A stretch of DNA of 64,000 nt. Source: an uncultured delta proteobacterium (GTDB taxonomy: Bacteria; Myxococcota_A; Polyangia; Polyangiales; Polyangiaceae). Within the stretch, counting starts at the first letter, position 1. The number at the start of each line of letters is the position of its first letter. This document shows, piece after piece, positions 49,388 to 59,500 of the stretch. The translations under genes and the position numbers were made by a program. Under the pieces are notes generated by a model. The model ran no database searches. It was not told the DNA's origin and saw nothing but the letters and a program-made list of their open reading frames with translations. Location: assembly GCA_963841435.1 (NCBI GenBank), contig CAWJCS010000005.1:480001-544000 (forward strand), in the 5' to 3' direction.

Positions 49388-50455
49388 ATGGATCCGCGCA
49401 TCCCGCTGCAAGGCGTGACACCCGACGAGCTCGCCCGGCTGATCCCCGAGCTGCGCGTCGAGGAAGCGCGCAGCGTCGTCGCCGCAGTGCATCGCGACGA
49501 GGATCCTGGGATGCCGTCGTCGGCCGTGCGGCGGGTGGCTCGCGAGGCCGTCCGGGCGCGCGGCGACGTGCCACGTCTCGAAACAGTCGAGCAAACGGCG
49601 AGCCGCCTCGACCCGTTCATCAAGCTGCTCCTCAGAACGACCGACGCTCGGCTCGTCGAGACCGTGCGCATTCCGCTCGAAAAGCTAGGGCGATTCAGCG
49701 TCTGCGTCAGCTCCCAGATCGGCTGCGCTCTCTCCTGTGCGTTCTGCGCGACAGGTCGGCTCGGGCTGTCGCGCAACCTCGAGACCTGGGAGATCGTCGA
49801 ACAGGTGCGGGCCGTGCGCCGGACCCTCCACCGCCGGGCGGGAGAGCGCGTCCACGGCGTGGTCTTCCAGGGCATGGGCGAGCCGCTCGCGAACCTCGAG
49901 CGCGTCGTCGCCGCGGTGCGCGTGCTCACCGATCCGAGCGCCTGCGCGATCGATGCGCGCAACGTCACCATCTGCACGGCGGGGCTGCCGGCCGGCATCC
50001 GCCGCCTCGCCCACGAGCTACCGAAGGTGCGCCTCGGCTGGTCGATCGCGACGGCACGCCCCGGCGCGCGACGAACCCTCATGCCCGTCGACGACGCGCA
50101 CCCGCTCGAGGCGACATTCGAGGCGTGCGTCGAGCACGCGAGGGTCACGGGGCTTTCGCCGCTCTGGGCCGTCACGCTGCTCGCCGGGCACAACGACGGC
50201 GAGGACGACGCGCGAGCGCTCTCGGCGCTCGCCGAGCGGTTTCGTGCCGCGGCCGGGCGAGCGCCGCGCATCAGCGTCATCCCCTACAATCGCATCGCCG
50301 ACGACGCGTCCGACCCGTTCCGCCGCTCGAGCGAAGCTGCCGAGCAGCGTTTTCGGGCGGCGATGCACGCCGCCGGGGCTTTCACGCACAAGCGCTACAG
50401 CGGCGGCTCCAACGTCGCCGCGGCGTGCGGGCAGCTCGTAGCGCGCGCCTCATGA
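49388..50455 (+). CDS. RlmN/Cfr-family radical SAM methyltransferase (divergent paralog)
   Basis: ETV, CVSSQIGCALSCAFCATG, FQGMGEP, IPYN, AACGQL. Confidence 0.85.
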   Translation: MDPRIPLQGVTPDELARLIPELRVEEARSVVAAVHRDEDPGMPSSAVRRVAREAVRARGDVPRLETVEQTASRLDPFIKLLLRTTDARLVETVRIPLEKLGRFSVCVSSQIGCALSCAFCATGRLGLSRNLETWEIVEQVRAVRRTLHRRAGERVHGVVFQGMGEPLANLERVVAAVRVLTDPSACAIDARNVTICTAGLPAGIRRLAHELPKVRLGWSIATARPGARRTLMPVDDAHPLEATFEACVEHARVTGLSPLWAVTLLAGHNDGEDDARALSALAERFRAAAGRAPRISVIPYNRIADDASDPFRRSSEAAEQRFRAAMHAAGAFTHKRYSGGSNVAAACGQLVARAS

Positions 50456-52419
50456 GGGAAGCGGTTGCGATCGCGCTGTTGTCGCTTTCGTGCGATCGCC
50501 CGCCCGCGGCGCTGGTGCCCGCGGGTGTCGCGTCCGTGCATCGAACGGCGGTGACGGCGGCGCCGAGCAGCGCTCCACCGGCGGCCGCGCCGGACGACAC
50601 GCCGGCGCCGGCACCGCTACTGCTCGTCACGGAGCCGAACGTGCTCGCGAGCCTCGAGTCCCGCGGCCTCGCGCTCGCGCGCTTCTTCGGCGCGAGCACT
50701 GGCGACGACGGCGCGACCCTCGCACGCACTCCCGGCTACGCGCCAGTTGCCCGCAGCATCGAGCGCGAAGCCGCCGAGCTCGCACGGCGCGACCCGAGCG
50801 CCGGAGTGCGCGTCGACCGTTACTCACACCGGCTCTTCGACGTGCGGTGGCTTCGCGCGCCGAGCACGCGGTTCGAGCTCGTCGGCATCGTGAATCGCTT
50901 CGACCGCGCGCCGTTCGCCGCCGGCTCGTGCGGCGAAACGCGCCTCGTTTACCGTCTTTCGTACGCGACCCAGGTCGGCGACAACCCGGTCTCGTCGCGG
51001 CTCCCGATGACGCTCGCCCTCGAGCTCGTCGTCCCCGACGACGGCGCGAGCTGTCGCACGACCGTCGCGCGCTGGCAGCCGCCCCGAACGCTCGAGGGCG
51101 AGGCGCTCGCTGACTTCCTCGTCGGGCCCCGCGGGCCGCTCTCACCCGCGCTGCTCGACGCGGGTCGCCGCGGACCGCACCGCATCGTCACGAACACACA
51201 GCTCGTGCGCTGGCCCTCGACGGTGCGGCCGGACCTCGGCGGGCACGCCGAGTACTTGCTCTCGTCGTTCCAGCCGACGCCCGAAGGCGGCTACGCGCCG
51301 GCACTGCTCGAGAACACGCCGGACCTCGTGCGGCTGCGCCGGGACCCGTCGCTCGTGAAAGAGCTAGCTCGCGCGCTCTCGACGAAAGCCGCGCGCGAGG
51401 CGATCGACGACGGAACGTTCCTGCTCGAGGACCGCTTCCTCGCGAAACGCGCCGTCTCGGTCACGCCGCGCGGCCTTTCGCGCGGCCAGAACCGCCCCTT
51501 TTCGGCGCTTTTGGGCGAGCGGGATTTCGTCGGCATGGAGCCGCTCGCGGGCAAGCACGTTCGGTCGCTCGAGGGCCTGTTGCGTCGGCTCGATGCGCTC
51601 TCCTGCCCGGGGTGCCACGAAGCGCGGAGCGTCGCGGGGTTTCACCTGCTCGGCGACGACCCGACGGACGCACCGGCGGGCACGGCGCTCGCCACGGGAG
51701 CCTCGCCCCATCTGATCGGCGACCTCGACCGCCGGGCGAAGGTCGCCGCCGCCGCGCTCGCGGGCGAGCAGCCCGATTTCGCTCAGGGCTTCCCCGAGCG
51801 CTCGTCGAGCGGCGGCTACGGCGCGCACTGCGGGCTCGACGGCGAGCCGACCTTTCGCGAATGGGGCTGCGACCCTGGTCTCGTTTGCCGTCCGTACGAC
51901 GCGCCCAAGGGCGAGCACGTCGGGCAGTGCCTGCCCGGGGCCGCGAGCCGTGCGGGCGACCCTTGCGAGGTCGGTCCGCTCGCGCGGAACACCGACGGCA
52001 CGCGCGACCGCGTGGCGAGCGTCGTGCGCGAAAGCTGCGCGGGCAGCGCCGTGTGCAATCGCAATGCCGTGGGCTTTCCCGGCGGCATGTGCACCGAATC
52101 CTGCGACGCGCTCTCGCCGGGCAGTGCCTGCGGCAAGATCGCGATCCTCGAGCCGTTCAATGCCTGTGTCGCGCGAGGCGAACCGTTCGTGACGTGCCTA
52201 GCAAGCCACGCTCGCCCCGCCGGCCTGCGCGCCTGCGGGCGGGAGACCCCCTGCCGCGACGACTACGTCTGTGCGCGCGCTGACACCGGCGAGACCGGCG
52301 CCGGCCAGCCAAGCCCTGGCGGAAGAAGTCCCGCGTCCAAGACTGCGCGAGTCGATCCTGGCGGCGCCTGCATCCCGCCGTATTTCCTGTTCCAGCTCCG
52401 GGTCGACGGCCATCCGTGA
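50452..52419 (+). CDS. Cys-rich lipoprotein with one CxxCH motif
   Basis: MREAVAIALLSLSC lipobox; CPGCH; Cys-rich C-terminus; ATGA overlap with upstream stop. Confidence 0.7.
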   Translation: MREAVAIALLSLSCDRPPAALVPAGVASVHRTAVTAAPSSAPPAAAPDDTPAPAPLLLVTEPNVLASLESRGLALARFFGASTGDDGATLARTPGYAPVARSIEREAAELARRDPSAGVRVDRYSHRLFDVRWLRAPSTRFELVGIVNRFDRAPFAAGSCGETRLVYRLSYATQVGDNPVSSRLPMTLALELVVPDDGASCRTTVARWQPPRTLEGEALADFLVGPRGPLSPALLDAGRRGPHRIVTNTQLVRWPSTVRPDLGGHAEYLLSSFQPTPEGGYAPALLENTPDLVRLRRDPSLVKELARALSTKAAREAIDDGTFLLEDRFLAKRAVSVTPRGLSRGQNRPFSALLGERDFVGMEPLAGKHVRSLEGLLRRLDALSCPGCHEARSVAGFHLLGDDPTDAPAGTALATGASPHLIGDLDRRAKVAAAALAGEQPDFAQGFPERSSSGGYGAHCGLDGEPTFREWGCDPGLVCRPYDAPKGEHVGQCLPGAASRAGDPCEVGPLARNTDGTRDRVASVVRESCAGSAVCNRNAVGFPGGMCTESCDALSPGSACGKIAILEPFNACVARGEPFVTCLASHARPAGLRACGRETPCRDDYVCARADTGETGAGQPSPGGRSPASKTARVDPGGACIPPYFLFQLRVDGHP

Positions 52420-52484
52420 GCGCGGCGAAAAGCCGCGCCATACCGGTTGCTAAGCCTCCCGGTTTTGGAGGACGCTCTCGTCCG

Positions 52485-54446
52485 ATGCGAAACGACCGCA
52501 CGCTCGGCGTCATCCTGCTCGGCGCCCTGGGGCTCGTGGTCGTGTTGCTCGTCATCGTCCTGTTGCAGCTTCACAACGTCGAAGCGCGCTTCATTGCCCA
52601 GGGGCAGCAGCTGCGCGCGCTCGGCGACGCGACCGACAAGCTCGTCGCGGGCGGCGTGCGCGTCGGCGGGCAAGCTCCAGCCGCGAGCGACGCGATCCCG
52701 CCCGGCGTGAAGCTCCTCCACCCCGACGTCGAGAACTTCTTGAAGCCCGCGGACACGCACTGGCCCGCGCCGGGTGCGAGGACGGACGGCGTGCTCCTGC
52801 GCGGCTGGTGGACCGGTGATCCGAAAGGTTTCAACCCGCTGCTCGAGAACAGCGCGTACAACACCGAGTACATCGAGATCTACGCCGCGCAGAGCCTCGC
52901 GTCGCCCAACGCCTGGACGAACCCGAGCGTGTGGCATGCGGACCTCGCGTGGCGCGTCGAGATCACCGACGACTACAAGGAATTCACCTTCTACCTGAAG
53001 CACGGCGTGAAGTGGCACCGCCCCGCGGGCGTGAGCCTCGACGATCCCAAGTACGCCTGGCTGAAAAAGGACCACGAGGTCACGGCCGGTGACTTCGTGT
53101 TCACGCTCGACATGATCCTGAACCCCCAGGTGGAGAGCGGCCCCACGCGCAACTACTACGCCGAGCTCGAGACCTGGAAGGCGGTCGACGACTACACGCT
53201 CGTGCTGCGCTGGAAGAAAAAGCAGTTCACGAATCTCGACCAGAGCCTCGCGCTCGCGGCGTTGCCCAAGTTCATCTACGCCTATGATCAGGACGGCAAG
53301 CCGTTCCCGAAGGAAACCCTGGGGCTTCGCTTCAACCAGCACTGGTACAACAACAAGGCCTTCGTCGGCTCTGGCCCGTACCGCATGGACAGCTACGAGC
53401 CCGGGACGAAAATCGCGGTGGTCCGCAACGAGGACTACGTCGGCGAAAAGCCGGCCATCCAAGCGATGCTCTACCCGATTTACACGGATCCGAACCAGAC
53501 CCTGCTAAAGCTCAAGGCGCACGAGCTCAACGTGGGAGAGCTCATGCCCGGGCAATACCGCGAGGAGATCCAGAAGTACGAAGCGCTCGGGCAAAAGCCC
53601 GCGAACAGCCCCTTCTTCGACGGTCGGATTCACTGTGAGAAAGTACCCGACGCCGCGTACCGCTACATCGGGTGGAACGCGGATCGCCCGTATTTTTCCG
53701 ACAAGCGCGTGCGACGCGCCATGACGTACGCCTTCGATCGGCAGCGCATCCTCGATACGGTGTACGTCGGGCTAGGAACGCTCGCGACGGGCCCCTTCCC
53801 ACCGGATGCGCCCTACAACGATCCGGGCGTCAAACCGATCCCGTACGATCTCGAGGCCGCGAAGCGCCTGCTCGCGGAGGCCGGGTGGGCCGATACCGAC
53901 GGCGACGGCCTGCTCGACCGCTCCCTTCACGAGGGCGAGCCCAGGAAACCTTTCGAGTTCAAGTTCCTCGTCCCGGCCAGCTCGAAGGAGCCCGGCGTGC
54001 TCGCCAACATCTTCCGCGACGACCTCTTGAAGATCGGCGTGAAGATGAACATCGAGTCGGCCGAATGGAGCTTGTTTTTGAAGCGCATGGACGAAAAGGC
54101 GTTCGACGCCTACGTCGCGGCTTGGACGGTCGGCTGGAACCCCGACCTCTACCAGATCTGGCACTCGTCGCAGGCCGACGTACCCAAGGGCTCGAACCGC
54201 GTCGGGTTCCGCAACGAGGAAGCGGATCGCATCATCGAGGCGTTGCGCGTGAGCTTCGACCTCGACGAGCGCAAAAAGCTCCTCCAGGCATTTCACCGGC
54301 TCGTCCACGAGGAGCAACCGTACAGCTTCTTCGCGGCCAAAAAGACGGTGCTCTGCACCTGGCGCGAGGTGGACAACGTGCTCGTGAGCAAGGTCTTTCC
54401 CACCGTCAACGCGCTGCCCTGGTCCGTGGCCCGCACGGAGCAGTGA
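52485..54446 (+). CDS. ABC transporter peptide-binding protein (OppA/DppA family)
   Basis: FTFYLKHGVKW, VTAGDFVFT, VGSGPY, FSDKRVRRAM, AKRLLAEAGW.DTDGDG. Confidence 0.9.
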   Translation: MRNDRTLGVILLGALGLVVVLLVIVLLQLHNVEARFIAQGQQLRALGDATDKLVAGGVRVGGQAPAASDAIPPGVKLLHPDVENFLKPADTHWPAPGARTDGVLLRGWWTGDPKGFNPLLENSAYNTEYIEIYAAQSLASPNAWTNPSVWHADLAWRVEITDDYKEFTFYLKHGVKWHRPAGVSLDDPKYAWLKKDHEVTAGDFVFTLDMILNPQVESGPTRNYYAELETWKAVDDYTLVLRWKKKQFTNLDQSLALAALPKFIYAYDQDGKPFPKETLGLRFNQHWYNNKAFVGSGPYRMDSYEPGTKIAVVRNEDYVGEKPAIQAMLYPIYTDPNQTLLKLKAHELNVGELMPGQYREEIQKYEALGQKPANSPFFDGRIHCEKVPDAAYRYIGWNADRPYFSDKRVRRAMTYAFDRQRILDTVYVGLGTLATGPFPPDAPYNDPGVKPIPYDLEAAKRLLAEAGWADTDGDGLLDRSLHEGEPRKPFEFKFLVPASSKEPGVLANIFRDDLLKIGVKMNIESAEWSLFLKRMDEKAFDAYVAAWTVGWNPDLYQIWHSSQADVPKGSNRVGFRNEEADRIIEALRVSFDLDERKKLLQAFHRLVHEEQPYSFFAAKKTVLCTWREVDNVLVSKVFPTVNALPWSVARTEQ

Positions 54447-54467
54447 GTCGGCAGCCGAAGCGAGCGC

Positions 54468-55910
54468 ATGAAAGCTTACGTACTGCGCCGCCTGCTGCTG
54501 ATGATTCCCACGTTCTTCGGCATCTCCCTGATCCTGTTTCTCGTGCTGAATCTCGCACCCGGACGCCCGGGGCAGCAGCAGTCGGGGGACCTCGCGCAGA
54601 GCATGCGCGGCGAAGTGACGCAGGAATCGTATCGCATCTTTCGCGAGCAGTTTCACCTCGACAAGCCCATCCTGCTCAACACGCGTTTCGCGCTCGAGCG
54701 AGCCGACGTGGAACGGCTCCTGGCAAAGGTCGCGCGCGTCGTGGACGCGACCGCAGCCGAGCGCGTCGAGGCGCAGGACGCGCTCGAGGATCTCGGGGCG
54801 TACGCGGTCCCGCACTTGATTGCGTTGCTCGACGCTCCCGACCGTCGTCTGCGCGACGCGGCAACCTACTTCTTGCGGCTGAACGCGCTCCGCCCCCTCG
54901 AGGATCCGTTCAACCCCAGCCCGAGCCCCGTGGTCCAGGCAAGAAACCGCGCCATCGACCACGAAAACGCCACGCTTCGCACGCTGCGCTTCTCGCTCGA
55001 CGATCCCGAGCCCGAAAAGCTCGAGATCGTCGCCGCCTGGAAGCGCTGGTACGCGGCCCACGGCGAGCGCTTCTCCTACGGCCTCGCCGACGAGGTGCGC
55101 ATCTTCTTTTTCGACACGCGCTTCGCCGCCTACTGGAAGAACCTCGTCAGGCTCGACTTCGGCGTCTCTCTCACCAGCCGTGAGCCCGTGGTGCGCACGC
55201 TCGTCTCGAAGCTCAAGTACTCGCTCTCGCTGTCAGTGGGCTCGCTGCTCCTCGCGTACGCCCTCGCGATCCCGCTCGGCATCTTCTCGGCCGTGAAGAA
55301 GGGCACGCGCGCGGATCGCATCGTCACCACCTTGCTCTTCATGCTGTATTCGCTGCCGAGCTTCTTCGTCGCGACGCTCTTGCTCTACTTCTTTTCGGCG
55401 GGCTCGAGCTGGGAGAGCCTGCGCTTCTTCCCCACTGGCGGCTGGGTCAGCCGCGACGCCGCGGACTTGACGACGCTCGGCCGCCTCGCCGACGTGCTCT
55501 GGCACCTCGTTTTGCCCATGGCGTGCATGACCTACGGCTCCCTCGCGGCGCTCAGCCGCTACATGCGCGCCGGCCTGCTCGACGTCATCCAGGCCGACTA
55601 CGTGCGCACGGCGCGCGCCAAGGGGCTGAGCGAGCGTGTCGTGATCGGCAAGCATGCGCTCCGCAACGGCCTGTTGCCCATCCTCACGCTGCTGGCGGGC
55701 CTGCTGCCGGCCGTGCTCGGCGGCTCGGTGATCATCGAGTACATCTTCGGCATCCCCGGCATGGGCCTCTGGACGGTCGAGGCCATCTACCAGCGCGACT
55801 ACAACGTCATCCTGGCGGTCGAGCTGTTCTCGACGCTACTCGTGTTGGTCGGCCTTCTGCTCACCGACCTGAGCTACGCGCTCGTCGACCCGAGAATCCG
55901 CTTCGAATGA
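54468..55910 (+). CDS. ABC permease OppB/DppB family with large insertion
   Basis: YVLRRLL..LAPG, LDFGVS, DYVRTARAKGL..KHALRN, LSYALVDPRI. Confidence 0.9.
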   Translation: MKAYVLRRLLLMIPTFFGISLILFLVLNLAPGRPGQQQSGDLAQSMRGEVTQESYRIFREQFHLDKPILLNTRFALERADVERLLAKVARVVDATAAERVEAQDALEDLGAYAVPHLIALLDAPDRRLRDAATYFLRLNALRPLEDPFNPSPSPVVQARNRAIDHENATLRTLRFSLDDPEPEKLEIVAAWKRWYAAHGERFSYGLADEVRIFFFDTRFAAYWKNLVRLDFGVSLTSREPVVRTLVSKLKYSLSLSVGSLLLAYALAIPLGIFSAVKKGTRADRIVTTLLFMLYSLPSFFVATLLLYFFSAGSSWESLRFFPTGGWVSRDAADLTTLGRLADVLWHLVLPMACMTYGSLAALSRYMRAGLLDVIQADYVRTARAKGLSERVVIGKHALRNGLLPILTLLAGLLPAVLGGSVIIEYIFGIPGMGLWTVEAIYQRDYNVILAVELFSTLLVLVGLLLTDLSYALVDPRIRFE

Positions 55911-57139
55911 CGGCGCCGAACCGTACCCCCAGTGTCGGCTACTTCACACTCGCCCTGCGCGAGCTCAAGAAGGACCGCCTCGCGATGACCGGGCTTTGGG
56001 CGATTCTCGCGCTTTCCTTGCTCGCGATCTTCGCCCCCGTGCTCGCGCAGAACCAGGCCTTCGCCTTCCGCGAGGCGAGTGGCTGGCGTTTTCCCTGGTT
56101 CGAGTCGCTGTTCGACCGTCTGGTGTTCGAGAACGCCGTCGACATCTTCTTCAACCTCTTGCTCGTCTCGTCGCCGCTGCTCGTCGGCGTGTACCTGGTC
56201 GCGAGGCGCCGGCTCGGCAGCCGCTTCGCGGGCGCTCGTCCGAGGGTGCTTCGCCGCCTCGCGGCCGCCGTCGCCATCGTCTACGTCGCGATCGCGCCGA
56301 CGCACTTCGGGCCGGTCGAAAACCCGCTCTCGTACTCGCGCCCCGTCGTCAACTACCGCACGCTGTGGGAAGCCGCTCGCGCCCAGGGCCACGCGCCGGC
56401 GGCCGTGTTCCCCCTGCATCGCTACAGCTACCGTGAGACCGACCCCGCGCGCTCGCTGCTCGGCCCGAGCACGGAACACCCTCTCGGCACCGACACCGAG
56501 GGGCGCGACGTGCTCGCGCGCATGCTCTACGGCACGCGCATCTCGCTCACGATCGGCGTCGTGGCGGTCGCGCTCTATGTCGTGATCGGCGTCGTGATCG
56601 GCGCGCTCGCCGGCTATTTCGGTGGCGCCGTCGACGCCGCGCTGAGCCGCCTCATCGAGGTGATGATCTGCTTTCCGACGTTCTTTCTCATCCTGACGCT
56701 CGCGGCGCTCATCGAGCAGAGAAGTATCTTCCACGTGATGATCATCATCGGCATCACGAGCTGGACGGGCGTGGCGCGCCTCGTGCGCGCCGAGTTCTTG
56801 AAGCACAAGAGCCTGGAATACGTGCAGGCGGCGCGCGCTCTCGGTGTCCCGGCGCGGCGCATCATCTTCGGCCACGTGCTGCCGAACGCGAGCGCACCCG
56901 TGCTCGTGAGCGCGACCTTCGGCGTCGCGTCGGCGATTCTCGTGGAGTCGAGCCTCGCGTTCCTGGGGGTCGGCGACCTCACCGTCGCGAGCTGGGGCGA
57001 GACGCTCAATGCCGGTCGCCTCGAGGGCAAGCTTTGGCTAATCCTCGCCCCGGGGCTCGCGATCTTCGCCGTGGTGACTCTGTTCAACCTCGTCGGCGAG
57101 GGACTGCGCGACGCGCTCGATCCGAAGCTCAGGCGCTGA
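55907..57139 (+). CDS. ABC permease OppC/DppC family
   Basis: HPLGTDTEGRDVLARMLYGTRISL, EYVQAARALG, HVLPN, GEGLRDALDP. Confidence 0.9.
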   Translation: MTAPNRTPSVGYFTLALRELKKDRLAMTGLWAILALSLLAIFAPVLAQNQAFAFREASGWRFPWFESLFDRLVFENAVDIFFNLLLVSSPLLVGVYLVARRRLGSRFAGARPRVLRRLAAAVAIVYVAIAPTHFGPVENPLSYSRPVVNYRTLWEAARAQGHAPAAVFPLHRYSYRETDPARSLLGPSTEHPLGTDTEGRDVLARMLYGTRISLTIGVVAVALYVVIGVVIGALAGYFGGAVDAALSRLIEVMICFPTFFLILTLAALIEQRSIFHVMIIIGITSWTGVARLVRAEFLKHKSLEYVQAARALGVPARRIIFGHVLPNASAPVLVSATFGVASAILVESSLAFLGVGDLTVASWGETLNAGRLEGKLWLILAPGLAIFAVVTLFNLVGEGLRDALDPKLRR

Positions 57140-57166
57140 CCTGGCGCGCCGGCGCGGACGCGATCC

Positions 57167-58684
57167 TCAGCGCTCGCTCTGCATCACGAACACGTCCCCG
57201 TCGCCGAGCGTGCCCTGGAACTTTCGCAGGCGCGAAAATTCTCGCTCCACGACGGCCATCACGTCCGGGAAGCGGCTCCGGGCGTGACCCGAAAACGAGT
57301 ACACGACGAAGGTCGGGCCGGGCTGCTCGCGCAGCGCTTCGAGCTCGGCGGCGTCGTTCACGACGGTCCAGCCCGTTGAATAATATCGGGTATAGGGCAG
57401 CGCCGCGAGCCCCACCACCGCGACGGCGCCGTCTCTGCCCCGCCGAGCTTGGACGAGCTCGAGCGCACCGCGGAAGTCCTGCTTCGGGAAACGGTAGTTT
57501 TTCGGCAGGAGTAAGAGCGACGCGACGATCGCTCCTCCCACGGCGAGGTAGCCACCGATCTTGGCGAGGCGTTCGAGCGGGCCGCCACGCCCGCGCTCGA
57601 CCAGAAAATCGACGCTCACGAACAGGCCGCGAGCCACGCACCAGAGCAAGAACGCCATGTCGAGGAAGAAGTAACGCGGCCAGAGTCGGAAGCCGGCCGC
57701 CACGAGCACGAGCAACGTGAAGGGGATGTTCACGAGGTAGACGGCCGTGAGCACGCGGTTTTTCCGGCACAAGCTGACGCCACCCGCGATCACGAACCCG
57801 ATCGCGAAGGGCAGCCCGACGACGAGCAGCGGCCCGAGGTCGCCGAACCCGCGCACGACCTCGAGCACCGTCCACAAGGGGTTTTTCCACTGACCGTCCG
57901 ACGGGCGCACGACCGCCTTGGCGGCGTGAACGGCGGGCGCGCCCGTGACCTTGGTGAAGGCGGCGAGCATCTGCGGCACGAGCGACGCGTGCAGGAGCGC
58001 CGTGAGCCCCGCGCCGAGCCCCAGGCCGATCCACGGCGCGCGCCCCGTGAGCGCGCTCGGCGGCGGCGCCGGGCGACCGCGACGCCGGGCGAGCCAGCGC
58101 TCGGCGTAGAGCCAGACGAGCACGATGCCGTGCGAGGCGAAGAAGAGCGCCGCGGTGAGGTGCGTGTAGCCGGCAAGCGCCACGGCAACGCCGTAGAGCA
58201 CCCAGGGCCGGAACGAGCGATGCCGCTCGGCGCGCACGAAGATCCACGTCGCGGCCAGGCTGAAGAAAAACAGCCCCGTGTAGCCGCGCGCGTTCTGCGA
58301 AAACCAGATGTGATGGTACGAGAGCGCCAGAAGCAGCGTCGAGAAGCGCGCTTCCCAGGGCCCGACGGCTTCCCGCACGACGTAGTAGGCCATCGCCACC
58401 GAGCCGACGCCGAAAAGGGCGGCCGGCAGGCGCAAGGACCACGCATGCTCCCCGAACGCTGCGATGCTCGCCTGTGCCTCCAGGCTGAAGAGCATGTGGT
58501 TGTTGAGCGACGTGTACGTCGTCAACAGCTCGCGCGTGGGCAGCCGCACGAACTCGACGAGCGTCAGAATTTCGTCGTACCAGAGCTGCGCGTCGAGCGC
58601 GTAGAGGCGCAGCACGAGCGCGAGAAGACAGATGCCGAGGAGCCAGGGTAGCTCCTCGCGCCGAACCGTATCATCCCGCGTCAT
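57167..58684 (-). CDS. GT-C glycosyltransferase (PMT_2/ArnT-like)
   Basis: LRLYAL..LWYDE, SLRLPA, HIWFSQNARGY; many TM helices. Confidence 0.82.
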   Translation of the reverse strand: MTRDDTVRREELPWLLGICLLALVLRLYALDAQLWYDEILTLVEFVRLPTRELLTTYTSLNNHMLFSLEAQASIAAFGEHAWSLRLPAALFGVGSVAMAYYVVREAVGPWEARFSTLLLALSYHHIWFSQNARGYTGLFFFSLAATWIFVRAERHRSFRPWVLYGVAVALAGYTHLTAALFFASHGIVLVWLYAERWLARRRGRPAPPPSALTGRAPWIGLGLGAGLTALLHASLVPQMLAAFTKVTGAPAVHAAKAVVRPSDGQWKNPLWTVLEVVRGFGDLGPLLVVGLPFAIGFVIAGGVSLCRKNRVLTAVYLVNIPFTLLVLVAAGFRLWPRYFFLDMAFLLWCVARGLFVSVDFLVERGRGGPLERLAKIGGYLAVGGAIVASLLLLPKNYRFPKQDFRGALELVQARRGRDGAVAVVGLAALPYTRYYSTGWTVVNDAAELEALREQPGPTFVVYSFSGHARSRFPDVMAVVEREFSRLRKFQGTLGDGDVFVMQSER

Positions 58685-58705
58685 GGTCGTCCGCCCCTGG
58701 GTCGC

Positions 58706-59491
58706 TCAGCCCGCTTGCGGGCGCGCGGCCTTCTGCACGCGCGCCGTCACGAGGACCTCGAAGTCCGGGTCGGTGTCGTCGAGCTCGGCGTGAGACAGCT
58801 CTTCGGTCGCGAGGCCGTGCAAGAACGCGATCGCGGCGAGCACGTTGCCGCGCGACGCCACGTCGATGCGCGCGCCCGGGAACGTCTCGCCGAGCATGGC
58901 GCTCAACGATTGGGTAGTGAGGTGAAAGTACTCGCCCCAGTCGTCGCGCCCGAGCCGGCGGCCGATCTTCGCGATGCCGGCGGACGTGATCAAGACGACG
59001 CCGCCCGGCTTCAGGATGCGATGGAGCGTGCGAAGCGCGGCCTTCATGTCGTAAATCATCTGCAACGACTGCGTGAAGATGATGCAATCGAAGCTATCCG
59101 ACGGGATGTGGTCGGCGTTCGTGAGGTCGGCGACGATCGTGGCGATGGGGTTGCCCGCGACGACGTGCAGCACGTCGGCTTGGGTCACGCGGTCACCGCC
59201 GAACCTCTTCGTGTAGCTCGGGTCGCCGAGCTCGAGCGTCCTGCCGCGCACGTCGGCGGCGTTCGCGGAAAGAAAGCTCTCGATGTAGTAGCGGTCGATC
59301 GCCTGGCCACGCTCGAAGCCGAAGATCGCGCTGATCGGCGTCACACGCCGGAGATCGCCGAAACGCACCGTGCCCGTGCGGACCCACTGCAGCCGATACT
59401 GGCGGCGCTTTCGCGTGACCCAGGTGCCGAGCTCCTTCGGTAGCACGCCCTTCAGCGCGAGCTTCGCCTTGTCACCCAAGCGAATCGCCAT
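58706..59491 (-). CDS. Class I SAM-dependent methyltransferase
   Basis: FGFERG.AIDRYYIE, TLELG, ADL..FDCIIFTQ, LKPGG. Confidence 0.8.
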   Translation of the reverse strand: MAIRLGDKAKLALKGVLPKELGTWVTRKRRQYRLQWVRTGTVRFGDLRRVTPISAIFGFERGQAIDRYYIESFLSANAADVRGRTLELGDPSYTKRFGGDRVTQADVLHVVAGNPIATIVADLTNADHIPSDSFDCIIFTQSLQMIYDMKAALRTLHRILKPGGVVLITSAGIAKIGRRLGRDDWGEYFHLTTQSLSAMLGETFPGARIDVASRGNVLAAIAFLHGLATEELSHAELDDTDPDFEVLVTARVQKAARPQAG

Positions 59492-59500
59492 CGTGCCTCG

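Noticed and set aside
49126-52419. 1097-aa ORF overlapping the RlmN-like gene
   Set aside because: The first ~440 aa are a stop-free shadow frame; the real start is the lipoprotein ATG at 50452
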